Origin: a virus
Lineage: Duplodnaviria; Caudoviricetes
Direction: 5' to 3' (one strand)
Virus record (IMG/VR): IMGVR_UViG_3300022407_001286
Span: 1-31,727 of that record
DNA: 31,727 bases
Shown here in pieces: positions 8,548 through 16,922 of this stretch. A model generated the notes under the pieces. That model worked only from the letters and a program-made list of their open reading frames with translations. It did not search any database and had not been told where the DNA came from. The first letter of the stretch is position 1. Each line of letters starts with the position of its first letter. Both the position numbers and the translations under genes were made by a program.

Positions 8548-8757
8548 ATGTTTGAAGAAGGTTTGATTGTATTTAGTGGTAAAGATTGCAAAGCTTGTGA
8601 AACCTTAAAATCAACATTAAGTGTTAAAGGTATTGAATACAAGGAATATGACATTTGGAGTAACGCTGAAGCTTTACGTTTCATTATGTCTAAAGGTTTA
8701 CGTGGTATTCCTCAATTGTTTAAAGATGGTGTTAAGGTAGGTATTGAAGATGTCTAA
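8548..8757 (+). CDS. Glutaredoxin (NrdH-like redoxin)
   Basis: CKAC active site, GLRGIPQLF cis-Pro motif, directly upstream of RNR genes. Confidence 0.9.
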   Translation: MFEEGLIVFSGKDCKACETLKSTLSVKGIEYKEYDIWSNAEALRFIMSKGLRGIPQLFKDGVKVGIEDV

Positions 8758-9724
8758 ACCTAGATTACTAACTAAGAAAGATACCTACACTGTAGATTAT
8801 CCTGAAGCTGTAAAGTTTGCTGAAACACAGAACTCAATCTTCTGGACAGATAGTGAGATAGATGTGTCAAAGGACATTCAAGATATTAAAGTTAATATGA
8901 CTGAATCAGAAGCTCATGGTGTTGTCACAACACTTAAGTTGTTTACATTGTATGAGCTACAAGCAGGTAATGAATACTGGGGTGGTCGTGTAAAACGACT
9001 ATTCCCTCGACCTGCTGACGTTCAACGTATGGCTAATGCTTTTAGTTTCTTTGAGTTGAATGTACATGCGCCATTCTATAATAAGTTGAATGAAGCGTTA
9101 CACTTGAACACCGATAGTTTCTATTCTGAATACGTTAATGACCCTATCCTGAAAGAGCGTATGGAGTTTATCGACAGCGTAGTTTCGGATAAAGACCCTT
9201 TAGTGAGTTTAGGCGTATTCAGTATGGTAGAAGGTGCTATATTATACAGTAGCTTTGCTTACTTGAAACACTTTCAATCAGAAGGTAAGAATAAACTGTT
9301 GAACGTAGTACGTGGTATTAACTTCTCTGTTCGTGATGAAGCGTTACACTCTGAAGGTGGTGCTTGGTTGTTTAAAGAGTTAAAGAAAGAATCTAATCTC
9401 ACTAAAGAACAAGAGGGAACGCTACACGCTAAGATCCTTGCTTGTGCTGAAAAGATTATGGAACATGAAGCTTATGTAATCCAGAAGATTTTCGAGAAGG
9501 GTAGTATTGAAGGTATCACTGACCATCAGCTTTTAAACTTCGTTAAGAGTCGTGTTAATGTTTGCTTACAGCAATTAGATTATGGTAAGCTATATGAAGT
9601 ATCTTATAACCCTATTGCTAAATGGTTTTATAAGAATATCAACACTGTGCAGTTCCACGACTTCTTTACTGGTGTAGGTAATTCATATAATCGGGATTGG
9701 GATGAAACGAAGTTTGTTTTTTAA
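8750..9724 (+). CDS. nrdB: Class I ribonucleotide reductase beta subunit
   Basis: FWTDSEI, ELNVHAPFY, VEGAILYSSF, RDEALH, C-terminal DFF; ATG 8750 preferred to TTG 8744. Confidence 0.92.
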   Translation: MSKPRLLTKKDTYTVDYPEAVKFAETQNSIFWTDSEIDVSKDIQDIKVNMTESEAHGVVTTLKLFTLYELQAGNEYWGGRVKRLFPRPADVQRMANAFSFFELNVHAPFYNKLNEALHLNTDSFYSEYVNDPILKERMEFIDSVVSDKDPLVSLGVFSMVEGAILYSSFAYLKHFQSEGKNKLLNVVRGINFSVRDEALHSEGGAWLFKELKKESNLTKEQEGTLHAKILACAEKIMEHEAYVIQKIFEKGSIEGITDHQLLNFVKSRVNVCLQQLDYGKLYEVSYNPIAKWFYKNINTVQFHDFFTGVGNSYNRDWDETKFVF

Positions 9725-9735
9725 GGAGTATTGAT

Positions 9736-11448
9736 TTGACAAGTATTATTGAGAAGTTAAGTAAAGAACGTAAAGAGTTACAAGCTCAAGGTGAACTGCC
9801 TGATTGGTTAACTACACAAGCATGGCAATTACTGAAAGATAAATATCTGTGGAATACCACAAGCCTAAAAGAAACATTTAGACGTATAGCGCGTACCTTA
9901 GCTAAACATGCTAAAACTAAACCTGAGTGGTGGTCTGCTACAGATACATGGGAAGATAAGTTTTATGAAGTGCTGTGGAAAGGTCACTTAGCTGCATCTA
10001 CTCCTGTGTTATCTAATACTGGAACAACTAAGGGTTGTCCTGTAAGTTGTAGTGGTAATTATATCCAAGACTCTATTCATGGCTTTTATGATGCACGTAA
10101 AGAAGTTGCTATCCTCACTAAGAATGGATTCGGTACATCTTCTTACTTAGGAGATATTCGTCCACGAGGTAGTAAGATTTCTTCTGGTGGTAAAGCTAGT
10201 GGTGTACTTCCAGTGTTCAAAGGTTTTGTTCAGGATATGCGTGATGTGGCTCAAGGTACTTCAAGACGGGGTGCTTGGGCTGGATACTTAGAGATCGACC
10301 ATGATGATTTCTATGAGTTGGTTGACCATGTATATCATTATCCTGATGATGCCAACGTAGGTTTTATTTATTCTGATGCTTTTATTGAACGTCTAAAGAA
10401 TGGTGATAAGGATGCTGTTGAGCGTTACCAACGACACATGAAACTACGGGCTGTCACTGGTAAAGGATACTTCATGTTCTCTGATAAGGTTGAGAGATTA
10501 AACCCTCCAATGTATCGAGATAAAGGTATTAAAGTGAAAGCTTCGCAATTGTGTTCTGAAGTGTTACTATATTCGGGGCACGATTTAACCTACACTTGCG
10601 TATTGAGCAGTCTGAATCTATTTAAATGGGATGAATGGAAAGATACTGATTGTGTGTTCGTATCTACAGTATTCTTAGATTGTGTAGCTCAAGAGTTTAT
10701 TGAGTTAGGTAGAAACATTATAGGTTTAGAGAAGGCTGTAGCTTTCACCGAAAAGAGTAGGGCGCTTGGTTTAGGGGGTTTGGGCCTACACTCCCTGTTC
10801 CAAAGCAAGATGTTACCATTCGAGAGCATGGAAGCTCATTTACTTAACTTAGAAATCTTTGAACATATTCGTAATGAGGCAGAGAAAGCTAGTAGTTGGA
10901 TGGCTAAAGAATGGGGTGAACCTGAGTGGTGTAAGGGGTATGGTAAACGTTCTACACACTTAATGGCTATTGCTCCTAATACCAGTTCAGCTTTAATTTG
11001 TGGTGGTGTCAGTCAAGGTATCGAGCCAATCGTAGCCAATGTATATACCCAGAATTCCGCTGGTGGTGAACTTGAGCGTATGAATCCTACATTGATTAAC
11101 ATTATGAAAGAACGTGGTGTTTATGATGAAGAACATATACATGATGTTGCTGTAAATAACGGCAGTGTTCAACACGTAGAATGGTTGAGTTCCCTAGAGA
11201 AATTAGTATTTAAAACAGCCTATGAGATTGACCAGAAAGCTATTATTCGTTTAGCCAACAGTCGTTCCCAGTTCATTGACCAAGGCACTTCACTTAATTT
11301 GTTCTTTGACGCAGATGAAGATGAAGCATATATCAGTGAGGTACATAAGGAAGCTATTTTAAGTCCTTATATTAAAACTCTGTACTATATGCGCTCTAAG
11401 GCTGGTGTAGCTGCAAGTAAAGGTGAATGTCTAGCTTGCGAAGGTTAA
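9736..11448 (+). CDS. nrdA: Class I ribonucleotide reductase alpha subunit, short, no ATP cone
   Basis: STPVLSN, PVSC, QLCSE, CVLSSLN, APNTSS, TLYYMRS, C-terminal CLAC. Confidence 0.95.
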   Translation: MTSIIEKLSKERKELQAQGELPDWLTTQAWQLLKDKYLWNTTSLKETFRRIARTLAKHAKTKPEWWSATDTWEDKFYEVLWKGHLAASTPVLSNTGTTKGCPVSCSGNYIQDSIHGFYDARKEVAILTKNGFGTSSYLGDIRPRGSKISSGGKASGVLPVFKGFVQDMRDVAQGTSRRGAWAGYLEIDHDDFYELVDHVYHYPDDANVGFIYSDAFIERLKNGDKDAVERYQRHMKLRAVTGKGYFMFSDKVERLNPPMYRDKGIKVKASQLCSEVLLYSGHDLTYTCVLSSLNLFKWDEWKDTDCVFVSTVFLDCVAQEFIELGRNIIGLEKAVAFTEKSRALGLGGLGLHSLFQSKMLPFESMEAHLLNLEIFEHIRNEAEKASSWMAKEWGEPEWCKGYGKRSTHLMAIAPNTSSALICGGVSQGIEPIVANVYTQNSAGGELERMNPTLINIMKERGVYDEEHIHDVAVNNGSVQHVEWLSSLEKLVFKTAYEIDQKAIIRLANSRSQFIDQGTSLNLFFDADEDEAYISEVHKEAILSPYIKTLYYMRSKAGVAASKGECLACEG

Positions 11449-11459
11449 CAGATTAAACT

Positions 11460-11481
11460 AGCCCTCTAACGAGGGCTTTTT
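11460..11481 (+). terminator. Intrinsic terminator
   Basis: AGCCCTC-TAAC-GAGGGCT-TTTT after nrdA. Confidence 0.85.
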
Positions 11482-11498
11482 ATTATCTAAAATAAATA

Positions 11499-11527
11499 TT
11501 GACAACCAACAAATATTCCATTAGTAT
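11499..11527 (+). promoter_or_regulatory. sigma70-type promoter
   Basis: TTGACA-17 bp-TAGTAT preceded by AAAATAAATA UP-like tract. Confidence 0.8.
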
Positions 11528-11556
11528 GTGTACATCGAAACAAATGAGGAAATTAT

Positions 11557-12411
11557 ATGAATACTAATCTAATACCAGAACTACCATTTAAATTCACAAT
11601 AGACCCCGACTATACTTTTACAGTAATTAATCAAGGGTTTGATGATTCTGGGTGGGTAATGTATGAGGTTGTGAGAGATTATGACGGGACTCATCAAGTA
11701 GTAAGTGCTGTAACATTGATGGACAAGTTAAAGTTTGGTGACTGGAAAATAATTAAAGAGGAAACTGAAATGAAGAAAATCAAAACAACAGATTTAGAAG
11801 GTTTTATTGCAAATGAACATCAACCTTATACTGATTATAATCCAGAGATTGCTGAATGGTTAACTAATAATGCAGAACTTGTTGATTTTGGCAATCATAC
11901 AAACAGCACTTGTTATATCTTTACAGCAAAAGATGGTGAATTTTATTCACATTTTCATGAGATGGGGTTTGATAAATACTACACTAATGAAGAATTTAAG
12001 GTGTGGGGTGGTATGACTAAGAAACTTACCACTAAAGATAAGTTAGATAGTATTCTTAATGTTGAAGGTCAACGTGTCTTTGATTATTTGAAGGAGAAAT
12101 ATATGAATAAAGGTTTCACTAAAGCAGATTTGAAAGATGGGATGGTTTGTACTACTCGTCGGGGTGAAAAGTATATTGTACAAGGAAATCGTATGATCTG
12201 TAAAGGTACGGGATACATGATGCTAGAAGATATTAACGATGACTTGACTATAACAGGTTTAGACTTCCTTGATATTATCTACGTACACCAGCAAGTGTTT
12301 AATAGAGTAGACCAAAAACAATTAGCAATCCAAAAGGAATTAGAATTTGCTAAGGCTAAGGCTGAACGATTAGCAGCACATATCTCTGTGTTGGAAGCTA
12401 AACTCAAGTAA
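11557..12411 (+). CDS. Hypothetical multi-module early protein (284 aa)
   Basis: GAGGA RBS; monocistronic between promoter and terminator; in-frame internal RBS+ATG sites. Confidence 0.8.
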   Translation: MNTNLIPELPFKFTIDPDYTFTVINQGFDDSGWVMYEVVRDYDGTHQVVSAVTLMDKLKFGDWKIIKEETEMKKIKTTDLEGFIANEHQPYTDYNPEIAEWLTNNAELVDFGNHTNSTCYIFTAKDGEFYSHFHEMGFDKYYTNEEFKVWGGMTKKLTTKDKLDSILNVEGQRVFDYLKEKYMNKGFTKADLKDGMVCTTRRGEKYIVQGNRMICKGTGYMMLEDINDDLTITGLDFLDIIYVHQQVFNRVDQKQLAIQKELEFAKAKAERLAAHISVLEAKLK

Positions 12412-12447
12412 ATTAACGACGAGTTTTAAACTCAAATAACACAAATG

Positions 12448-12474
12448 AAAAAGCCCGCTAAATGCGGGCTTTTT
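12448..12474. terminator. Bidirectional intrinsic terminator at the early/late convergence
   Basis: AAAAAGCCCGC-TAAAT-GCGGGCTTTTT. Confidence 0.92.
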
Positions 12475-12496
12475 GTTATGTGTAATTTATATTGGA

Positions 12497-12873
12497 TTAC
12501 AAACCTAAGAACACAAATTCAGTCTTGGCAGAATAAGTTGGTAGATGTGCTGTCTGAGTGACACCACCGTTAATGCTGCTTGTTGTGAGTGTGTGAGTGT
12601 GTGCGCCAGCAGCTAAAGTCGAGTCTGAAATAGTTGATGCGTTTTAAGTGTGCGTCAAATAATATTGTATTAACACCACTTGGGTTTATTTCTTTGAGGG
12701 CTAATATTTTCCACTCTACATTATTGATTATGACAACATCTCTGTTAGCCTGAATGACAGGAGCTGTAACACTTGCGCTAGCTTTGTGTAGCTCTTGGAT
12801 GATTACCTCTTTGTCATCACTTCCTGCTTGACTTCTTTTATATTAGCTTTATACTGTCTGCAAAGCTGCCCAT
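12497..12873 (-). pseudogene. Mosaic of three virion-gene fragments (neck-like N-terminus, head-closure-like C-terminus, tail collar/fibre-like C-terminus)
   Basis: Manual translation: MGSFADSI/KANIKEVKQEV (frameshifted, from 12873); DDKEVIIQELHK...QANRDVVIINNVEWKILALKEINPSGVNTILFDAHLKR (12818-12639, no start); ASTISDSTLAAGAHTHTLTTSSINGGVTQTAHLPTYSAKTEFVFLGL* (12640-12497, no start). Confidence 0.6.
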
Positions 12874-12886
12874 TTCATTTCCTATA

Positions 12887-12915
12887 ATTATACAACACAT
12901 TGGTTAAAAAGTCAA
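12887..12915 (-). promoter_or_regulatory. Near-consensus sigma70 promoter
   Basis: TTGACT (12915-12910)-17 bp-TATAAT (12892-12887). Confidence 0.75.
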
Positions 12916-12940
12916 TAGCTGCAAGACTCCTCACAGCTAT
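12906..12940 (-). terminator. Probable terminator after the large fibre gene
   Basis: ATAGCTGTGAG-GAGT-CTTGCAGCTAT stem (two G:U pairs) then TGACTTTTT. Confidence 0.6.
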
Positions 12941-12968
12941 TTCTTTAGTACTATTATTCAGTAATAGA

Positions 12969-15900
12969 TTACTCCGTAATAAACCACTGTCTTGTCGCAT
13001 GATGGTATTGGAACGTCACTGGCACGTTAGCTGTCAAGCTGCTTGGAGCACCCTCAAATGTTGCACCAGCAGAAACCCAAGTGGTTGCTGCACGAGTTTC
13101 TGTTGACATTAACGTGATTAGCGCACCATCAATAGAAACTGCTGCACTTGGCAATGTCACAGCAAAGGAAGCTCCTGCTGCGCCTGTGAAGTAAGTTCTA
13201 CGTTTTGTTGGTGCAGCTGCAGTTAATGAGCTAGTTGCTGATACAGATTTAGAGGTGTTGTACTCTAAGCCGGTAGTTGTTACATCACCACTAGCACTGA
13301 TTCGCATGCGTTCAGTGTTATCCGTTCCAAACGCCAGATAGTTGTTGTTTGCTGCAAATACTCTACTACCACCATCAGAACTTTGCTGATAGATTTCCAA
13401 ACCGCCAGCTTGACCAGAATCACGTACACGAATCTTGGCGCTAGTCCCGAACACATCGAGGTTGTAACCTGCAGCAGCAAATGCTCCTATACCTAATGCT
13501 CCTGCCATATAGTTATCAGCCGTACCGTTCATGTAAAGGTTATACCGCCCTGTACCAGCAGGAATATTGCCGTGAAAGCCGTAATTGTTTGTGGCTCCAA
13601 TTAGATTAGAGTCTGCGTGGAATCCATACTGGTTAGTAACCGCACTACCTGCTCCAAATGTCCCTTGTCCTGCATAAAAATGTCGTAGATTGCTTAAATT
13701 AAACGAAGTAGCAGCAGTACCTAACAGAGAAATAAATCCTCGTGCCTCATTGGTTACATCTGACTGGACTACTGAGCCTGTTCTGAAGGCTTGAGCGTAG
13801 TGAGCACCAGTGATGTTTTTGCTTGCTAAGACAATAGTTGAAGTTGTGGGTGCAATACCAAAACCGGTATTACCTTCAATATAATTACTACTAGTAGAAG
13901 CATTATATATAGCAAAATCACCAGTAGGGATTACTGTAGTACCAATCAATAACAAACTAGAATTAGTAGCCGCTGTAGGTTTAGCTGCAACTGCAACACC
14001 AGCATAATTTGTTAATGTACCAGCGGCTTGAGTAGGAGATACACTGACCCCCCACTGATTTGTAACAGTATTTGTCGTAGAGCTGTTAGTTCCTATAACA
14101 TTAACACCCACAATATTGGATATAGTTCCTGTAGCTCCTGCAACAACTGTATTGGCACTTAGTACACCTTGAATTGTATTGATATCTCCGGTATTTGTGC
14201 CAGAAACAGTTGGAAAAGCGTTAATCCCTCGCACAGAACCAAAACTGCCAGCACCTGTTGCATTTATTCTAATTCCAGCAGAATACGAGTTTATAGTTCC
14301 AGATGCTGTTGTGTTTTGATTATAAGTAGTTTGGTCTTTAATAGTTGAGAATACTTGTGAGCCAGTTACATTAACGGTATCAGATTTGTATACTGTGTTG
14401 TGTACATTATTAGAACTTAATCCACTAGTGTTGCCTAGACGAATACAACCACTTGGTAAGATGGAAAATTGGCTGCCAGTGTTAGAACTAGAATAACTTG
14501 CACCTGTATTAGTACCTGCAAAAGCTGCTACAGTTGTAATAGCAGTGTCAGAAGAAATCGTCTGAATTTCTTTAGTTTCACTTCCACTACCTGTAGTTGT
14601 TGTGATAGAATCACCAACTTTGAAAGTTTTAGTAAACTCTGTAGAAGTACCTGTTACAGTGGTTCCGGTAACAGAAACAGTGCCAGGGGTATAGGATAAT
14701 GCTCCAACGTCTAGACTTGCACCAGCAGAAACATTGTTAATACCTACAAAGCCTGTCAGATTAGGGGCAACTTGCATTGCAAACGTACTTCCTGTGCCTG
14801 TTTGTGCAGCAACAGAAGTAGCAAAACTACCTGTACCTGAGCCAGTAATAGCTCCTGTCAAAGTAATTGTCTGATCGCCAGTATTTGTACCACTACTCGT
14901 ACCACTGAATGTGCCGCTCTGAGTTGCTAAAGTTCCAAGTCCCAAATTGGTACGTGCTGTTGGAGCACTTGTCAAGTCTGAAAGGTTGTTGGAAGCAAAT
15001 AAAGCTCCAACTAAATTATGTTCAATAACAAACCATGAGCTACCTACAGAAGCTTGTGTACCACCTGCGTTATCAGCAGAGGCAATATACATATCACCAA
15101 CGTCAACTAATGTACCAGAAGCTCCACCAATCTTACCAGCCACTGTGACGTAGTATGTATCACCTTTAAGGGCTGCAGGGTAGTTAGGGTTTGTAGAAAC
15201 GTCTGCACCACCTTTGAGGTCTAGCAAGCCTGTTACCAATCCATCTGCGTAGGCTTGAGCTGCTGTCAATGTAGCAGCGTCATTACCATTCAACTTTTGA
15301 ATAGCTTGTAGGATTGTATCTGTAGCAGCAACTGTGCCAGTACCAGATGTATATCCTGTTAAGACTTTTGCAATAACTGCTGAGTTTGTTAGTGTTACCG
15401 AGTTGCTACCAGCAGAAGCTGTAGCTTCACCTGTCAAGGCTGCACGAGATAATAAAGGAGTTCCGTCTGTGTATGTGAGCGTACTATCAACCATAGCACC
15501 AACAGCGTCTTGTGCCATTTCGTCAGTGTATTGTGTTACGTCACCAGAGAATAGAAAGTTTCCGTCTGTTACGGCTGTGTCAAATTGTGCTTTAGTACCA
15601 GTGATACCTACAATGCTAGTTTGATCTCCAGTGTTAGTGCCTGAAGATGTACCACTAAATGTTCCGCTTTGTGTAGCAAGTGTACCTAAACCTAAGTTAG
15701 TACGAGCTGTACTTGCGCTTGCTAAATCAGAAAGATTGTTAGCAGAAGTCAATGCTTCGCCAGCGAAGAGGAAATCCCCATCTGTGACAGAAGTATTGAA
15801 TTGAGATTTAGTTCCTGTAATGCCTGATATAGATGTTTGGTCGCCAGTACCAGCACCTTCTTCAGCAGCAAATTTAACTGCTGGAGTCCAGATAATACCA

Positions 15901-16226
15901 TTGTTGGTAGACCATCTCCAGTATTTATGTATTGCAGGATTTAAGGCTGATGTCCAACCGGATAATCCGTCTATAGAGTAATTGACAATTGGTGTTTGTG
16001 CATCAGCACCATCAGCACCTTTGATGATAGCAGAAGTATCTACCCAAGCAGCACCTACACGTTTCTGTAACACACCACTAACAGAGATGTACATATCCTG
16101 CACAACCTCTGACGGATTGCTTGCGAAGTATGTATTACGTGCTGTAGTTGTAGCAAAGATATGATTGTTGTTTACTGCTAATGCACCAGCACCACCAGAA
16201 CCACCTCTACCTAGTTTAATACCCAT
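12969..16226 (-). CDS. Large fibre / receptor-binding-type virion protein (1085 aa)
   Basis: G/S/T/A-rich mosaic; NNLSDL..ARTNLGLG fibre repeats, TERMRI motif, AAGGA RBS. Confidence 0.75.
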   Translation of the reverse strand: MGIKLGRGGSGGAGALAVNNNHIFATTTARNTYFASNPSEVVQDMYISVSGVLQKRVGAAWVDTSAIIKGADGADAQTPIVNYSIDGLSGWTSALNPAIHKYWRWSTNNGIIWTPAVKFAAEEGAGTGDQTSISGITGTKSQFNTSVTDGDFLFAGEALTSANNLSDLASASTARTNLGLGTLATQSGTFSGTSSGTNTGDQTSIVGITGTKAQFDTAVTDGNFLFSGDVTQYTDEMAQDAVGAMVDSTLTYTDGTPLLSRAALTGEATASAGSNSVTLTNSAVIAKVLTGYTSGTGTVAATDTILQAIQKLNGNDAATLTAAQAYADGLVTGLLDLKGGADVSTNPNYPAALKGDTYYVTVAGKIGGASGTLVDVGDMYIASADNAGGTQASVGSSWFVIEHNLVGALFASNNLSDLTSAPTARTNLGLGTLATQSGTFSGTSSGTNTGDQTITLTGAITGSGTGSFATSVAAQTGTGSTFAMQVAPNLTGFVGINNVSAGASLDVGALSYTPGTVSVTGTTVTGTSTEFTKTFKVGDSITTTTGSGSETKEIQTISSDTAITTVAAFAGTNTGASYSSSNTGSQFSILPSGCIRLGNTSGLSSNNVHNTVYKSDTVNVTGSQVFSTIKDQTTYNQNTTASGTINSYSAGIRINATGAGSFGSVRGINAFPTVSGTNTGDINTIQGVLSANTVVAGATGTISNIVGVNVIGTNSSTTNTVTNQWGVSVSPTQAAGTLTNYAGVAVAAKPTAATNSSLLLIGTTVIPTGDFAIYNASTSSNYIEGNTGFGIAPTTSTIVLASKNITGAHYAQAFRTGSVVQSDVTNEARGFISLLGTAATSFNLSNLRHFYAGQGTFGAGSAVTNQYGFHADSNLIGATNNYGFHGNIPAGTGRYNLYMNGTADNYMAGALGIGAFAAAGYNLDVFGTSAKIRVRDSGQAGGLEIYQQSSDGGSRVFAANNNYLAFGTDNTERMRISASGDVTTTGLEYNTSKSVSATSSLTAAAPTKRRTYFTGAAGASFAVTLPSAAVSIDGALITLMSTETRAATTWVSAGATFEGAPSSLTANVPVTFQYHHATRQWFITE
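14871..15740 (-). repeat. Two 120-bp copies (14871-14990 and 15621-15740) of a 40-aa fibre repeat
   Basis: 38/40 aa identical, 37/120 nt different by manual count. Confidence 0.85.
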
Positions 16227-16240
16227 TATTTATTTCCTTA

Positions 16241-16522
16241 TTAGTCAGAGACAATTAAACGGATGGTTTTATTTTGTTCAGCAGGACGTACCCAAATCTT
16301 TAATGATCCTGAATCAATCCTAGCAATGGAGAGGTCTTCATAGTTTGGAGTGAATAATACAATACCGTCATTACGTACAGGTTTAGTAGTAGAATCTACC
16401 ATATATGCGTTACATGCTGAAATGTTTTGAATTACAATCGCTGCACCAACAGCAGCACCAGATAAGGTATTTAAATCTACCCAATCATCTACATCACTTA
16501 CAATGGTGTTATACACAGCCAT
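16241..16522 (-). CDS. Small beta-rich putative virion protein (93 aa)
   Basis: AAGGA RBS; directly upstream of large fibre gene. Confidence 0.7.
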   Translation of the reverse strand: MAVYNTIVSDVDDWVDLNTLSGAAVGAAIVIQNISACNAYMVDSTTKPVRNDGIVLFTPNYEDLSIARIDSGSLKIWVRPAEQNKTIRLIVSD

Positions 16523-16599
16523 GATTTATCCTTTAATTTAATTATTATTCAGATGTGGCAAAGCCACATACAATGACGGGGCTTCACTTTTATTTATCA

Positions 16600-16908
16600 C
16601 TAATTTTCTTGTACTAATGTGAATATGATAGCTTCATCTCTGACCCTACCAGCAGCAGTTGTATAGGTAAGGATTACTTTCTCTTTACCGCCGACTGTAC
16701 CACCACTTACCCACAAGATGATTGCTCTACCTGCTGGATAAATAGTACCATCAGCTAACACAACCTCACCGGAATTAGTTGTACAGTTATCAACAACTAA
16801 CCCACCTAGATTATCTTGCGTATATGTAACACTAACAATGTTATCTTCGACATTACGAATGAAGACATAATCTAGTGTTTCGTTTATGTCTTTCTGCACG
16901 TAGATCAT
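16600..16908 (-). CDS. Putative fibre-tail adaptor protein
   Basis: KDINETLDY...IILWVSGGTVG...TTAAGRVRD pattern of KDP.E.LDY adaptor family. Confidence 0.6.
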   Translation of the reverse strand: MIYVQKDINETLDYVFIRNVEDNIVSVTYTQDNLGGLVVDNCTTNSGEVVLADGTIYPAGRAIILWVSGGTVGGKEKVILTYTTAAGRVRDEAIIFTLVQEN

Positions 16909-16922
16909 GTATCAACCCTTAA

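Noticed and set aside
1093-11175. Minus-strand ORFs in the early block (1093, 3189, 4281, 5574, 6256, 6490, 6773, 8487, 10993)
   Set aside because: Antisense shadows of well-supported + strand genes; no RBS or motifs
8750-11448. Introns or inteins in nrdA/nrdB
   Set aside because: Both ORFs are continuous and compact with no insertion
12585-12603. GT/GAGT-like microsatellite
   Set aside because: Explained by the HTHTLT codons of the relic collar fragment
12497-12873. CRISPR-like array
   Set aside because: No direct repeats between the fragments and fragment lengths are irregular
14871-15740. Repeat pair as DGR template/variable repeats
   Set aside because: Differences are synonymous and not adenine-specific; no reverse transcriptase in window
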